Below, one piece after another: positions 1-12,861 of a stretch of DNA of 64,000 nt. The position numbers and the translations under genes were made by a program. The DNA comes from Octopus vulgaris (lineage: Eukaryota): NCBI GenBank assembly GCA_951406725.2, contig OX597829.1, positions 42,842,001 through 42,906,000 on the forward strand. The letters run 5' to 3'. Numbering within the stretch: position 1 is the first letter of the stretch; every line of letters begins with the position of its first letter. A model generated the notes under the pieces. It was not told the origin of the DNA and did not search any database. It worked only from the letters and a program-made list of their open reading frames with translations.

Positions 1-54
1 TTGGTGGAAATTTGCGATCTCTGAGTGCTCTTGTTTATCTTTTCTTTTTAACAT

Positions 55-250
55 TTTATCTTTTACTTGTTTCAGACTGTGGCCATGCTGGGGCACCGTC
101 TTGAATTTTTAACCGAACAAATCGACCCCAGTCCTTTTTTTTTTTTAAAGCCTGGTATTTAATCTATCGATTTCTTTTACCGAACCGCTAGGCTACGAGC
201 ACGCAAACCCATCAACATCGGTCGTCAAGCGGTGGTAAGGAAACAAACTA
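55..250 (-). mobile_element. SINE family A, 3' portion
   Basis: Reverse complement of the family A tail (TGTGGCCATGCTGGGGCACC...CGAACCGCTA) seen in full copies such as 52593-52995. Confidence 0.8.
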
Positions 251-296
251 ACAAAAATTTACTTCAATCAGTTCACTTTGAGGATGACCAAATGGA

Positions 297-386
297 CGGT
301 CCCTGATGAAGCTGCACCGACAATATTGCAAAGCTGCATTTATGTGCAACAGTGAGTAGTCGCTGCAGTGGAAACACGTGTAGATC
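297..386 (+). ncRNA. Type I hammerhead ribozyme candidate in a Penelope-like/retrozyme fragment
   Basis: CTGATGA at 303-309; stem II GCTGCA/TGCAGT; GAAAC-ACGT-GTA at 371-382 (palindromic stem III ACACGTGT); imperfect stem I GGTC(C)/GATC; AATAAA downstream. Confidence 0.6.
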
Positions 387-477
387 TTAATGATATCCTG
401 TATATAACTATTAAATAAACTTTGTAGATGTACAAGTCTACATACTGTTTATTATTATCATCATCATTATTATTATT

Positions 478-980
478 GAGTGAGAGAGCAGTGCATGCCA
501 TCAAAGTGACACTGGGGTAAAATATACGAAGCCCAATATACCCATCATGATTACCCGTCTGATAAGAGTACACCAGCCACATGCCCCACAACCATATGTG
601 TGCGACATGGTGATCTCATATCAAGATAAACAGCACATGACCTTGCAGGTGGGGCCCAGTTAGAATTTTCTTCTGGTTGAGTAGCCCATCCCGCTCAAAA
701 GGTCCCTGAATAAGGGTTGTTTAAGGATGTTGAAAGAACCACCCATGTTTCCAAAGGTGAATTATTCAAACCCCAAAGAACCCTTCTCAACACATGGTTA
801 TGATGCTCCCCCACTACTTCTGCTCGTGATCAGAGATGCACATATATCGTCAGCCACTGAGGGACATGCTCAACTGGTTAAGGTCAAACAACTGACAAGC
901 AAATCTGTGGTATTGAGCAGAATATTTGCTGTAGCCCATCTTTTATACCAAGACAAAACAATGTACATGATAACACTTCC
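478..980 (-). mobile_element. Non-autonomous retroelement family D with (AAT)n tail
   Basis: Colinear with 43837-44355; minus strand ends CTCTCTCACTC-AATAATAAT; flanked on both sides by ATT repeats. Confidence 0.75.
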
Positions 981-1410
<430 letters not shown>

Positions 1411-1889
1411 GAGACAGAACGGGGAGAGAAAGAAAGAGCTAGGAAGAGAGGATATGATGTCATTATTTGACAGTTAACGTTTCGATAACAATAAACCGTA
1501 GCAGATGGAGTTGACCGCATTAACTAAAAAAGACAGAATATGGGGAAATAATGCATTCTGGTGGGCGTCGGCGGTTGAATGCTAATTTTGCAAAAATAGA
1601 CAAATAAATAATAATTATTATAATTATATGATAATAATAAAAATAAAAATTATGTTTTCTTTATTGGCCACAAGAGCTGGACAGAAAACAAATAGGGGCA
1701 ATACAGCACAGGGGGAGGGGGCAAGTGGGGGGTTTTGGTTCAATGTCGTGTATAAAGATAAATAACAATGACAATTGACAATAAAATTGGGAATCAATTA
1801 TATTCTCGAACTTGTAAAATAACGACTAGAAAACAAAGTGAACAATGAAATAATTACGGGGGTCAAAAGATATTTAAAACTACCACCGG

Positions 1890-1921
1890 CAACAACAACA
1901 ACAACGAAAATAATAATAATG

Positions 1922-1964
<43 letters not shown>

Positions 1965-2099
1965 CAATAATAATAATAATAATAACAATGATAATAATAA
2001 TGATAATAATGATGATAACAACAACAACAACAACAATAACAACAACTACAACAACAATAATAATAACAACAATAACAATAATAATAATAATAATAATAT

Positions 2100-2132
<33 letters not shown>

Positions 2133-2276
2133 CAGTAGTAATAATAATAACAACAACAACAACAACAATAATAATAATAATAATAATTATAGTAATAGTA
2201 GTAGTAGTAGTAGTAGTAGTAGCAGTAGTAATAATGATAATAATAATAATAATAACAACAACAACAACAATAATAA

Positions 2277-2315
<39 letters not shown>

Positions 2316-2375
2316 CAATAATAACAATAACAACAACAACAATAATAATAATGATAATGATAATATTACTAATAA

Positions 2376-2437
<62 letters not shown>

Positions 2438-2450
2438 ATAATAATAAATG
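1890..2450. repeat. Compound trinucleotide microsatellite AAT/AAC/AGT/ACT
   Basis: Direct reading. Confidence 0.95.
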
Positions 2451-3019
2451 CTAACAACAGGAATACGAAATATCGATATTATTGATGAGAGTAACGAAAA
2501 CAAGAGCATAGAAATAAGAAGAAAATTGAAGACGGACGAACGGGAAAAGAACAAGAGAAGAAATACAAACGTGAAACTGAGAAATTGTTGATAAAAGCCA
2601 TGAGCAATATGTCAGAGTATTTCTCCCCTTTTTTTATTCCTTCTTCTTGACCACGGTGAGGCGTGTGCCAGGTACTATTCAAATGTCATTATATCTGAAT
2701 CAATAAAAATGATGATGACGATGATGATGATGATGATGATGATGATAGTGATGACGATAATAATAATAATGTTAATAATAATGGTTCCTTTATTAACCAC
2801 AAAAGGTTTACATTGAAAAAAAACACCAAGGACGGCATAGGGCAAAATATTGAGTGTATGTGTGTGGGCGTGCATGTGTGTACTAGTGTGTGTACGTGTG
2901 TGTGTGTGCGTGTGTGTACGTGCGTGTGTATGTTGGTGTAGGAGTTGAACGTGTAAAAAGTAAAAAAGTAAAAAAGTAAAGAAGGAAATAACGATTTTAG
3001 CCATGAGAATTTATCAATA

Positions 3020-3790
3020 CAGAGTTGCTTCAAGATTGGAAAACCCCATAAAACCACAGATGTCCTTACCCCTGGGGCAAATGCCTGTCCTCACTTCTTT
3101 ATATACAATTTTCAGGCGCAAGCTCAGGGCAAGCCCGTTCACTCGGATCATTGCACCCCACTCCCATCCATCTTTCAATAAAATAATTTTTTTTACTACC
3201 CACAAGAGGCTAAACACAGAGAGGACAGACAAATGGATTAAGTCGATTATATCGACCCCAGTGCGTAACTGGTACTTAATTTATCGACCCCGAAAGGATG
3301 AAAGGCAAAGTCGACCTCGGCGGTGGAATTTGAATTCAGAACGTAGCGGCAGACGAAATACTGCTAAGCATTTCGGCCGGCGTGCTAACGATTCTGCCAG
3401 CTCGCCGCCTTACGATTCTGCCAGCTCGCCGCCTTAATAGCTAGAAGGCAGCGCTTCTCTATCCACGCTTATTTTCCTTTTCAATCGAAACTTGAAGAAG
3501 TTGATCAGAGATTGGCCAAAGATAAGAGCGTTAATCTTCAGCCACTTCAATCCCATCCACCATAAAATCGTTTTGGCCAAGACCACCAATCATATAAAGA
3601 CAGCCTGCTCTTCCCGATTTAAAAAAAAAAAAAGGTAGCGAGATATTCACGGTGGATTCAGTTGATAATCGGATCCCATGTCACACGTAAACACAGGTGT
3701 TCGACATAAACTCACAGGTCAGCAATGCTCGGGCACCGGACGAGTGCGCACAGAACGGTTTCGTCGCCCTGCGCTCTTCTTTGACTGTTG
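3020..3790 (-). mobile_element. Degenerate Tx1/L1-like LINE ORF2 C-terminus and 3' end, interrupted by a SINE
   Basis: Minus-strand translation ETVLCALVRCPSIADL*...AKTILWW...SLINFFKFRLKRKISVDRE resembles the C-terminal zinc-knuckle region of L1/Tx1 ORF2; contains stops and frameshifts. Confidence 0.55.
3190..3436 (-). mobile_element. SINE family B, full length, with a 24-bp tandem duplication of its head
   Basis: tRNA-like head GGCGGCGAGCTGGCAGAA...GAATTCAAATTCC; central GCCTTTCATCCTTTCGGGGTCGATAAATTAAGTACC; ACGATTCTGCCAGCTCGCCGCCTT occurs twice. Confidence 0.9.
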
Positions 3791-4267
3791 TGTTTATCTC
3801 GAACTAGCTATGCTCGCTGCTAGCACTGCCAGGCCAGTGATTTAAGGAACAACCACAACAATAATAATAATGAATTATAATTTCTTTTATTTGCTAGAAG
3901 GGCAAAGGAAGAGGAGGACAATACTAAGACAGACATCAAGTATGGGTGTTTAAACATAATGGAATGAGGAATAAATGAATATATATATAACTAATGTAGG
4001 ATAACATTTTTTCGGGAAAATTTTTTTATCAATGTCCAGTATATCAAAAAAGACCTTTAAAGGTTAAATTTATAAATAATTTACAAAATAAGGGCAAAAG
4101 AAAAATTCTAATGCCAAATATGCCGAAAAAAAGACAAAATTGTCAATAACCATGTAATTTATGCGTCTCGAAATAAACCAATAGAAATTTCTAAAAAAAT
4201 CCGTTATTACCGTATTGGTGAATTATATATATATGTGTGTGTGTGTGTGTGTATGTATATATATATA

Positions 4268-4321
4268 CAAAATTAAGAGGAATGACCATTAAAGTGGACC
4301 CCGTCATTCCTCTTAATTTTG
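4268..4321. repeat. 19-bp perfect hairpin at the end of a short element embedded in (TA)n
   Basis: CAAAATTAAGAGGAATGAC / GTCATTCCTCTTAATTTTG with a 16-nt loop. Confidence 0.9.
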
Positions 4322-4421
4322 CATGTAACGCAATTTTTAATCTTCGGATTTTTTAGATATGCCAAGTCACTAGTTTTAATTGATTAATATCAATTTCTAC
4401 CCTTATTATTTAATTTATATA

Positions 4422-4459
<38 letters not shown>

Positions 4460-4541
4460 AATTTATATATTCAGACGTATGTATGTATGTATTATGTATG
4501 TGTGTATGTATATGCGTATATATATATATATATATATATAT

Positions 4542-4760
4542 AGGATCGCCATGTTGATTCGCTAGCTTCTGCACGCATTTTTTTCTCTCCTTGTTTCTCT
4601 CCTTGTTTCTTTTCTGTGTATCTTTCTGTTGAAGAGCGTAGGCTCGAAACGTAAAAGACTTGTTTTATTTATATTCCTGAGCGCCATACTAATACAATTG
4701 TTTGTTTGTATTCCACCTGCCTTCGTCTTTTGTTTATTTTCATAAAGCTTCCCGTTATAT
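4542..4760 (+). mobile_element. Penelope-like/retrozyme non-autonomous element with a variant minimal HHR (4621-4658)
   Basis: TCTTT-CTGTTGA-A-GAGC-GTAG-GCTC-GAAACGTA-AAAGA; flanked by TA repeats; diverged sibling at 14400-14620. Confidence 0.65.
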
Positions 4761-5010
4761 ACAGGAAATATATACAGTGTGCAATAAGAGGGGAAAGGGA
4801 AGCATACAAAGTATACAATAATACAAATAAAGCGAGAACGACGACGACGATGAAGTTGAGTGTGGCGATAACGATGTCGATGACAACGAGGAAAATGATG
4901 AGAACAGCGACGACATCATTCAGAACAACGATAACGGCTAAGGATAACAGTGAAAATTGAAGAGCGATCCTAACATTAACGGTAACTCGTCGTTTATTTA
5001 CAGCTTTGAT

Positions 5011-5395
5011 ATGGGAAGCACTCCGTCGGTTACGACGACGAGGGTTCCGGTTGATCCGATCAACGGAACAGCCTGCTCGTGAAATTAACGTGTAAGTGAC
5101 TGAGCACTCCACAGACACGTGTACCCTTAACGTAGGTCTCGGGGATATTCAGCGTGACACAGAGAGTGACATGGCCGGCCCCTTGAAATACAGGTACAAC
5201 AGAAACAGGAAGTAAGAGTGAGAGAAAGTTGTGGTGAAAGAGTACAGCAGGGATTACCACCATCCCTGCTGGAACCTCGTGGAGCTTTTAGGTGTTTTCG
5301 TTCAATAAACACTCACAACGCCCGGTCTGTGAATCGAAATCGCGATCCTATGACCGCGAGTCCGCTGCCCTAACCACTGGGCCATTGCGCCTCCA
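5011..5395 (-). mobile_element. SINE group C (tRNA head H1 + tail T1)
   Basis: A box TGGCCCAGTGG and B-box-like ATTTCGATTCA; head shared with 15250-15512, tail shared with 33275-33600. Confidence 0.85.
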
Positions 5396-5828
5396 CAAAA
5401 GGCAGGATATAAGATACGTTGGAATATAAAGCTACAAATGTACTGGTATAAGAGATACGTGACCATGCCCTACCAGCCGTGTCACCCTAACTTTTTATCC
5501 GGACATATTATTTCCAGTGTCATCCAGTTCCTTCTTTTATGTAGTTTAAAGATTTAAACTCCTGTTTGTAGCAGATTAAACGAGTACGCAGTTTTCTTCT
5601 TGGTTTTACAATGAAGACGATGGAAATGTTGATGGAAATTTTGAGTAATTTATGATTAAAGATATTCTTCATGTGTATATATGCATGTATGTATGTATCT
5701 ATGCATGTATGTTTGTATGTGTGTGTGTATGTTTGTATGAATTATGAATGAATGGATGGATGAATGTATGTGTGTATGTATTTATGTATGTATGTATGTA
5801 TGTATGTATGTATGTATGTATGTATGTA

Positions 5829-5863
<35 letters not shown>

Positions 5864-5917
5864 ATGTATGTATGTATGTATGTATGTATGTATGTATGTA
5901 TGTATGTATCTATGAAT

Positions 5918-6007
5918 GTGAGTGGATTTGATAGACGGAAACTGAAAGTAGCCCGTTGTATATATATAAATACAAAAGAACATGTGTGTGTATACCCAAC
6001 CATATAC

Positions 6008-6098
<91 letters not shown>

Positions 6099-6360
6099 CG
6101 GGGAAGTTGTAGAGTGAGAATAACTTTGATGTTATATATATATTTGTGTGTGTGTGTGTGTTTGTGTTTGCTCCCCCCCCCCATCGCTTGACAAGCGATG
6201 TTGGTGTCTTTACATCACTGCAACTTAGCGGTTCGGCAAAAGAGAACGATAGGATAAGTACTAGGCTTTCAAAGAATAAGTCCTGGGGTCGATTCGTTCG
6301 ACTAAAAGTGGTGCTCCAGCATGGCCGCAGTCGAATGCCTGAAACACATAAAAGAATAAA
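5918..6360 (+). mobile_element. SINE family A, 5'-truncated, carrying a templated insertion
   Basis: GTGAGTGGATTTGATAGACGGAAACTGAAAG...GGTGCTCCAGCATGGCCGCAGTC. Confidence 0.85.
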
Positions 6361-6399
6361 AGAACATGTGTGTGTGTGTGTGTATACCCAACCATATAC

Positions 6400-6496
<97 letters not shown>

Positions 6497-7466
6497 GGGG
6501 AAGTTGTAGAGTTAGAATAACTTTGATGTATGCGCTTTCTGGTTTTTTTTTTTTTGTTTTGTTTTGTTTTTAGAAATATTTACTGCCTCGAGAAATTAGT
6601 TGCCGCAGTATATCGCAAATTGGATCGCGGTCCCGGTTTGACAAGTGCTTTCCTCTTCTACCAAAGAGACCATTTCATTAAAAAAAAAAAAAAAAAAGAA
6701 AGAAAACAACAAAGTAAACAAGAACAATAAAAACAAACAAAAGCTTCAATCGCAGCAAAATTTCAAGAACATATGAAAATAGCTGACACAGAAAACAAAC
6801 TATCTCATACAAAAACAAGACATTATTTGCTTCGAATAATTTCTATTTAATTTCTTTTTCAAATAAAGTTCATGTCAATTTAAAACTTCAAAATCTTAAA
6901 TCCTATCTGGCAAAAAAAAATTTTTTAAATAAACCGAAAATAATGATTAAAATTAAATAAAATTAGGCGATCCTTAGTTTACGGACCGCCTTCGTATATG
7001 AAGTCAAAAAAAAAAAACAAAAATTGATAATAACTTGATAAAAACATGATTTTTTTTTTCCTCCTTTATTTTTTTAATTAATTGAAAGGGTGGTATTTAA
7101 GGTTAAAAGTAGCTGCATATTCTTTTAGGGACGTGTACAGTTTACGAAGGGGGGTTAAAAGGATGTTAAATTTAGGAGATTTTCTTTGAAAGAAAGAAAG
7201 AGAATATTAATGAAAAAGAAGTACACAGAATGTATTAAAATAAAGCGGTGGAAAAAAGCAAAAAAATAATTAAAAAAATGAGACACACATGCTCTTTAAT
7301 GTCATCAATGTTTCATCAACGAAGTTCGCCATGTTACATTGTATCAGTCGTACGTTAATCAAGAAACAAAATCTGTCATCCTATTCATTTATATCTCATT
7401 TACAAGGATTAACTCCGCCATGCCAAAACTCTACACCTCACGAACAAACGATAAAAGCTGCTGCTG

Positions 7467-7527
<61 letters not shown>

Positions 7528-7599
7528 CACCACCACCATCACCGCCACCACTACTACTCCTACTAAAAACAACAACAACAACATTAATGATAATGATGA

Positions 7600-7750
7600 T
7601 TTCAAATTTGGCATAAGGCCAGAAATTGCGAGTGGTGGGGTGGAATAAGTCGATAACATTAACTTCCAGTGTTCAATTGGTACTTGCATCATCGACCCCG
7701 AAGGGATGAAAGGCAAAGTCAACCACAGCGAAAACTGAACTCAGAACTTA
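7600..7750 (-). mobile_element. SINE family B fragment
   Basis: ATCGACCCCGAAGGGATGAAAGGCAAAGTCAACC. Confidence 0.75.
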
Positions 7751-7752
7751 AT

Positions 7753-7784
<32 letters not shown>

Positions 7785-8429
7785 AAACAAAAACAAGTTG
7801 CCACACGCATTCTTAGTAACTTAGAGTAGGCTCGAATTAGAGAAATAATAAAACAAAAAATAATAAAACTTTAAAAAACATAAAGTTCCTTCAAAAGAGA
7901 AGGACAGACACTTGCAGCCGATCAAGGAATCTCACAAATACAATTTTATATTGTATATCGAAAACCAGTGTCCTCGCCCTGCTATCATTTCTCGGATATT
8001 GAGAGCCAATTAATTTATTCTGGTCATGTTCACCTTTCTCACCTGTCTTTGAAAGAATTTATGCGAAGCAATATTTCCCGTCCACTTACTTCGAAATGAA
8101 ACTTGAATCTCATGAGGGTTACCCCGAAGAGTGAAATGTGTCACTTTATTTCTTTTTGTGCTTTTCAATCATATCTATCATAGAGCATTTTTTCCTGACG
8201 ACCACGAGACAAATAAAAATTACCAAACCAAGATAGCAAAGTAATGTTCGCGATGGACTCGGCTGTCATGTCGCTCCTCGATATTCGCTGTCCGACAATT
8301 TCTTCGAGTCAAGAAGAGAAAAAATAAAGCGGGTACATGAAGAGCAAACTGTTCGTGCATCTCAATTAAACCAGCATCATTCGGCTAACCCTGTACAGAG
8401 TACCTGATTTGACTTACTACCGACCGTAT

Positions 8430-8654
8430 ACTCTCTTTTACTCTTTTTCTTGTTCCAGTCATTTGACTGCGGCCATGCTGGAGCACCGCCTTTAATCGAG
8501 CAACTCGACCCCGGGACTTATTCTTTTGTAAGCCCAGTACTTATTCTATCGGTTTCTTTTGCCGAACCGCTAAGTGACGGGGACATAAACACACCAGCAT
8601 CGGTTGTCAAGCAATGCTAGGGGGACAAACACAGACACACAAACACACACACGC

Positions 8655-8733
<79 letters not shown>

Positions 8734-8915
8734 CTTCATATATACTTGAAGACGACGGGCTTCTTTCAGTTGCCGTCTACCAAATCCACTCACAAGGCAT
8801 TGGTCGGCCCGAGGCTATAGTAGAAGACACTTGCCCAAGGTACCACGCAGCGGGACTGAACCCGGAACCATGTGGTTGGTAAACAAGCTACTTACCACAC
8901 AGCCACTACTGCGCC
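8430..8915 (-). mobile_element. SINE family A, full length
   Basis: A box TGGCTGTGTGG, B box GGTTCAGTCCC, CORE-like CCTTGGGCAAGTGTCTT, internal TA/TG microsatellite and conserved tail. Confidence 0.92.
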
Positions 8916-9467
8916 TATATTTAACTTGTATATGAAAGTATTCCATTGATGTAGTTAAGAGTTTGAGTTTGACCTACGGATTACAGCTCGATAAATCTGA
9001 ATAACTGGAATGAAAAGAGAAAAGGGTGGGTCGCAAGAAACGTAACCACACATAATCATTGTCATCTCGCAAAAAAATTCTGAAGACGTGTCAGTCCCTG
9101 TTATCAGTTTCAAAGCATTCCTGCACAAAATCAGGCACGGCATCCCGGGACAACATGCAATGGGTATCATTAACAGATAAATCTTTCGACCAATGGAAGC
9201 TCTCTTTTTTTTATAAGAAGCGAAAGAGTATATGACTCAATCAGGCCAATGTTTACTGGGCATGGCATAAAGATCAGAAAGTAGTCATTTTTTTTTCTCT
9301 CTTTCATTTTTTTTTTTCAGTGAGCCCTAATGATGTATCTAACAACTTGTAACGAAGAGTGAATACAAAAATACTTGGGACGCACATAAAACTATATTAA
9401 AAAAAAATGTTGTGAGTTGTTGGTCATTTATTTTATGCCCAACATGAAGGCCTTATTTTGTTTTAAA

Positions 9468-9844
9468 CTAGCAATATCGCCCGGCGTTGCTCGGGTTTGT
9501 AAGGGAAATAACTATGTAAGCATTTTTAGAGATGTAAAGTATAATAGCCATCTCAATATGGCTAACCACAAGGGGGTGGGTGTTACTGTAGCTTTTTACG
9601 TCCTGAGATTTAATAATAAATTTTTAGAGAGTTACTTCCCTTATATATGCCAAAAATGCATTAAAAATGTGAAAAATTGAAGGTAAATTTTTTTTTAAAT
9701 CGTAGACTCATCGTAGACGCCCGATATGAATCACGACTATAAGATACCCGGTTTTGGTTAAACTGCACCGCAAAATGTGGGAGTAGTTAGGAATCTAAAT
9801 CGTAGGAGACAGACAACACACAACCTCACTTTTATATATAAAGA
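9468..9844 (-). mobile_element. Non-autonomous Helitron with both termini intact
   Basis: Minus strand reads A|TCTTTATATATAAA ... CCCGAGCAACGCCGGG hairpin ... CTAG|T, giving canonical 5'-TC and 3'-CTAG ends, an A-T target and no TSD. Confidence 0.88.
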
Positions 9845-10037
9845 TTAGCAAACTGGAGTCAATCAATATACGCGAATACGTGTATAAATATAAGTCACAC
9901 AGACGAAATAAAAGCAACTACCAACACTATGAGAAATCGTCACTGTTGATTAGAGTGCTCTTCTGATTTTAAGTAATAGGGGCACTTTAGCCTCGAAGGT
10001 ACACGAGAAATTTAGCCTGTTAGTGGTGATGTAATTA

Positions 10038-10990
10038 TCCTTTTCTGCTATAGGTACAAGGCATAAAATTTTTGGGGAAGGGGTCGATCACAATGACTCC
10101 ATTATTTCTCTGGTATTTAATTAATTGAGCTGGCAGAAATGTTAGCACGCCTGGCGAAATGCTTAGCGGTATTTCGTCTGCCGCTACGTTCTGAGTTCAA
10201 ATTCCGCCGAGGTCGACTTTGCCTTTCATCCTTTCGGGGTCGATTAAATAAGTGCCAGTTACGCATTGGGGTCGATGAAAGCGACTTAATACGTTTGTCT
10301 GTCCTTTTTTGTCCTCTCTGTATTTAGCCCCTTGTGGGTAATAAAGAAATAGGTATTTCGTCTGCCGCTACGTTCTGAGTTCAAATTCCGCCGAGGTCGA
10401 CTTTGCCTTTCATCCTTTCGGGGTCGATTAAATAAGTGCCAGTTACGCATTGGGGTCGATGTAAGCGACTTAATACGTTTGTCTGTCCTTTTTTGTCCTC
10501 TCTGTGTTTAGCCCCTTGTGGGTAATAAAGAAATAGGTATTTCGTCTGCCGCTACGTTCTGAGTTCAAATTCCGCCGAGGTCGACTTTGCCTTTCATCCT
10601 TTCGGGGTCGATTAAATTAGTGTCGGTTACGCATTGGGGTCGATGTAAGCGACTTAATCCGTTTGTCTGTCCTTTTTTGTCCTCTCTGTGTTTAGCCCCT
10701 TGCAGGCAGTAAAGAAATAGGTATTTAATTAATCGACCTCGAAAGGATGAAAGGCAAAATCGATCTCTGCGGAATTTAGGACCGTTATCGACCTGGGAGG
10801 AGGCCGGATAGTCGGAGAGATCCACCTCAGGGCCCGGAGAGGAGAGCTTTCCCTTATAGAAAGCCTCTATGGCGAGCATAGGGATTGGGCACCCCTGCTC
10901 CGCATCCTCGACTAATACAACTTGCAAGTAGCCTCTTCCTGTTGCTAAGCACTTTGTCCGACGTGCTAACGGTTCTGCCAGCTCGCCGCA
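10038..10990 (-). mobile_element. Older SINE B, host of nested insertions
   Basis: Tail at 10038-10125, body at 10720-10780, head at 10943-10990; AGTGGTGATGTAA duplicated at 10022-10034 and 10995-11007. Confidence 0.75.
10126..10719 (+). mobile_element. Younger SINE B with a triplicated 184-bp body+tail unit
   Basis: Units start at GGTATTT at 10168, 10352 and 10536; GGTATTTAATTAAT flanks both ends (10112-10125 and 10720-10733). Confidence 0.9.
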
Positions 10991-11169
10991 TTTCAGTGGT
11001 GATGTAAATTACGCTTGCTGTTTTCCTGACGTTGTTGTTGTTGTTGTTATCGCGGCGTGTGATTGTGACAGTTGCGAACGCTTTGATATTTGTAGTCGTA
11101 TACTGGAGAAACGAGGGTCACTGGAGGTTGTGGAGCGACAGCGTTGGCGTCAGTGCTCACACAGATTTC

Positions 11170-12560
11170 TGTGGTGGTGGTGGTGGTGGTGGTGGTGGTG
11201 GTGGTGGTGCTGATTGTGATGATTGCAGTGGTAGTGATTGTGGTGGTGGGGGTGACGGAGGTGGTCATGGTATTGGTGGTGATGGTAGTGTGATTGTGCT
11301 GGTGGTGGCATTTGCAGTAGCGGCGGTTATGGTTCTGGTGATGATTGGGTGGTGGTAGGGAGTGGTTGGGATGGTGATGATGGTGGTAATGGTAGTGATG
11401 ATTGTGCTGGTGCTGGTGGTTGTGGTGGTGGTTGTAGTGGTGGTGGTATGGTGGTGGTGGTGGTGGTGGTGGTTTTGGTGGTGATGGTGGTAGTGGTGTT
11501 GGTAGTTTTGGTAATGGTAGTGGTAAAGATGATGATGGTAATTGTGGTGGTGGTGGTGGTTGTGGTGATGGTGGTGTTGGTGGTGAGGGTTGTTGTGGTG
11601 GGGCTGGTGGTGCTGGTGGTGATTGTGGTGGTGGTACAGGTAGTGGTGGTGGATGGTGGATAGTGGGTGGGTTGTGGTGGTGGAGGTGGTGGTTGGTGTG
11701 GTGGTGCAGATTATGGTAGTGATAGTGATGGTGAAGGTAGTGGTAAAAAGGGTGGTGGTAATTATAGTTGTCTTGCTTTTGGTGATAGGGTACTAGAAGT
11801 GGTGATGATGGTGGTGGTTGTAGTGTTAGTGGTGATCGTGATTATGGTAGTGGTGATAGTGGTGGTGGTTCTGGTGGTGATGGTAGTAGTGGCTGTGGCG
11901 GTAGTGGTGGTTGTGTTGGTGGTGGTAGTAGTGATGGTGGTTGTGTTGGTGGTGGTAGTAGTGATAGCTGTTGTGTTGGTGTGGTGATGATTGTGGTGAT
12001 GGTAGTGGTCGTCGTCGTTATGGCGGTTTTGGTGGTGGTGGTAGTGGTGGTTGTAGTGGTGTTAATTGTGAAAATGGTGGTGGTGGTGGTAGTGATGTGA
12101 TGATGGTGGTGTAGGTGGTTATGGTGGTGGTGTTTTGGTTGTGGTGGCGGCGGTGGTGGTGGTGGTGGTGGTGGGGTGGTGGTAGTGCTGGTAGTGGTGC
12201 TGGTGATAGTGGTGATGGTGGTGGTGGTGGTGGTGGTTTGCTGCTGCTATTGGTGCTGGTGATGATGATGATGGTGAATGTGGTGGTGGTGTGTGTGGGG
12301 GGGGGGGGGGTGATGGTGCTCGTCTTGATGGTGACTGTGGAGTGATGCTCGTAGTAGTGGCGGTGCCAGTGGAGTGACGGGGGGGGGGTGGGGGTGGCGG
12401 TGGTGGAAATGGTGGTGATGTCGATGGTGTGTGGTAGCAATGGTAGGTGTGAAATAAAAAAAAAGTAGCAGTAGCAGTAGCAGTGGCGGTGGTGGTGGTT
12501 ATAGAGTTTTGTAATGGTGGTGATGGTGGTGGTGGTGGTGGTATTAGTAGTGTAGCTGGT
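11170..12560. repeat. Degenerate (GGT/GAT/TAG)n low-complexity tract
   Basis: Direct reading. Confidence 0.9.
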
Positions 12561-12806
12561 GTTCGAAGATATACAGGGTCAGTAGCTGCATTTGGCGATG
12601 TTCAGAGCAGAGTAGTCATGAGAGTCGGAGGAGGGAAAGACATACGGCAATAGTATTTCGAAAGTAATTAATATGTAGTTATTGGCGTCTGCACGTTGTC
12701 AAGCTGCAGCACGTGTTTCGACGCACACAGACCAAATGTGCAAAGTGTGCAGCATATTGAGTTTACAAATTTATGAAAACACGCACCCGCAATACATACA
12801 TACATG

Positions 12807-12861
<55 letters not shown>

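Noticed and set aside
5320-5395. tRNA genes at SINE heads (also 15440-15512, 33275-33350 and 43426-43500)
   Set aside because: A and B boxes are present, but there is no complete cloverleaf and most continue into SINE bodies
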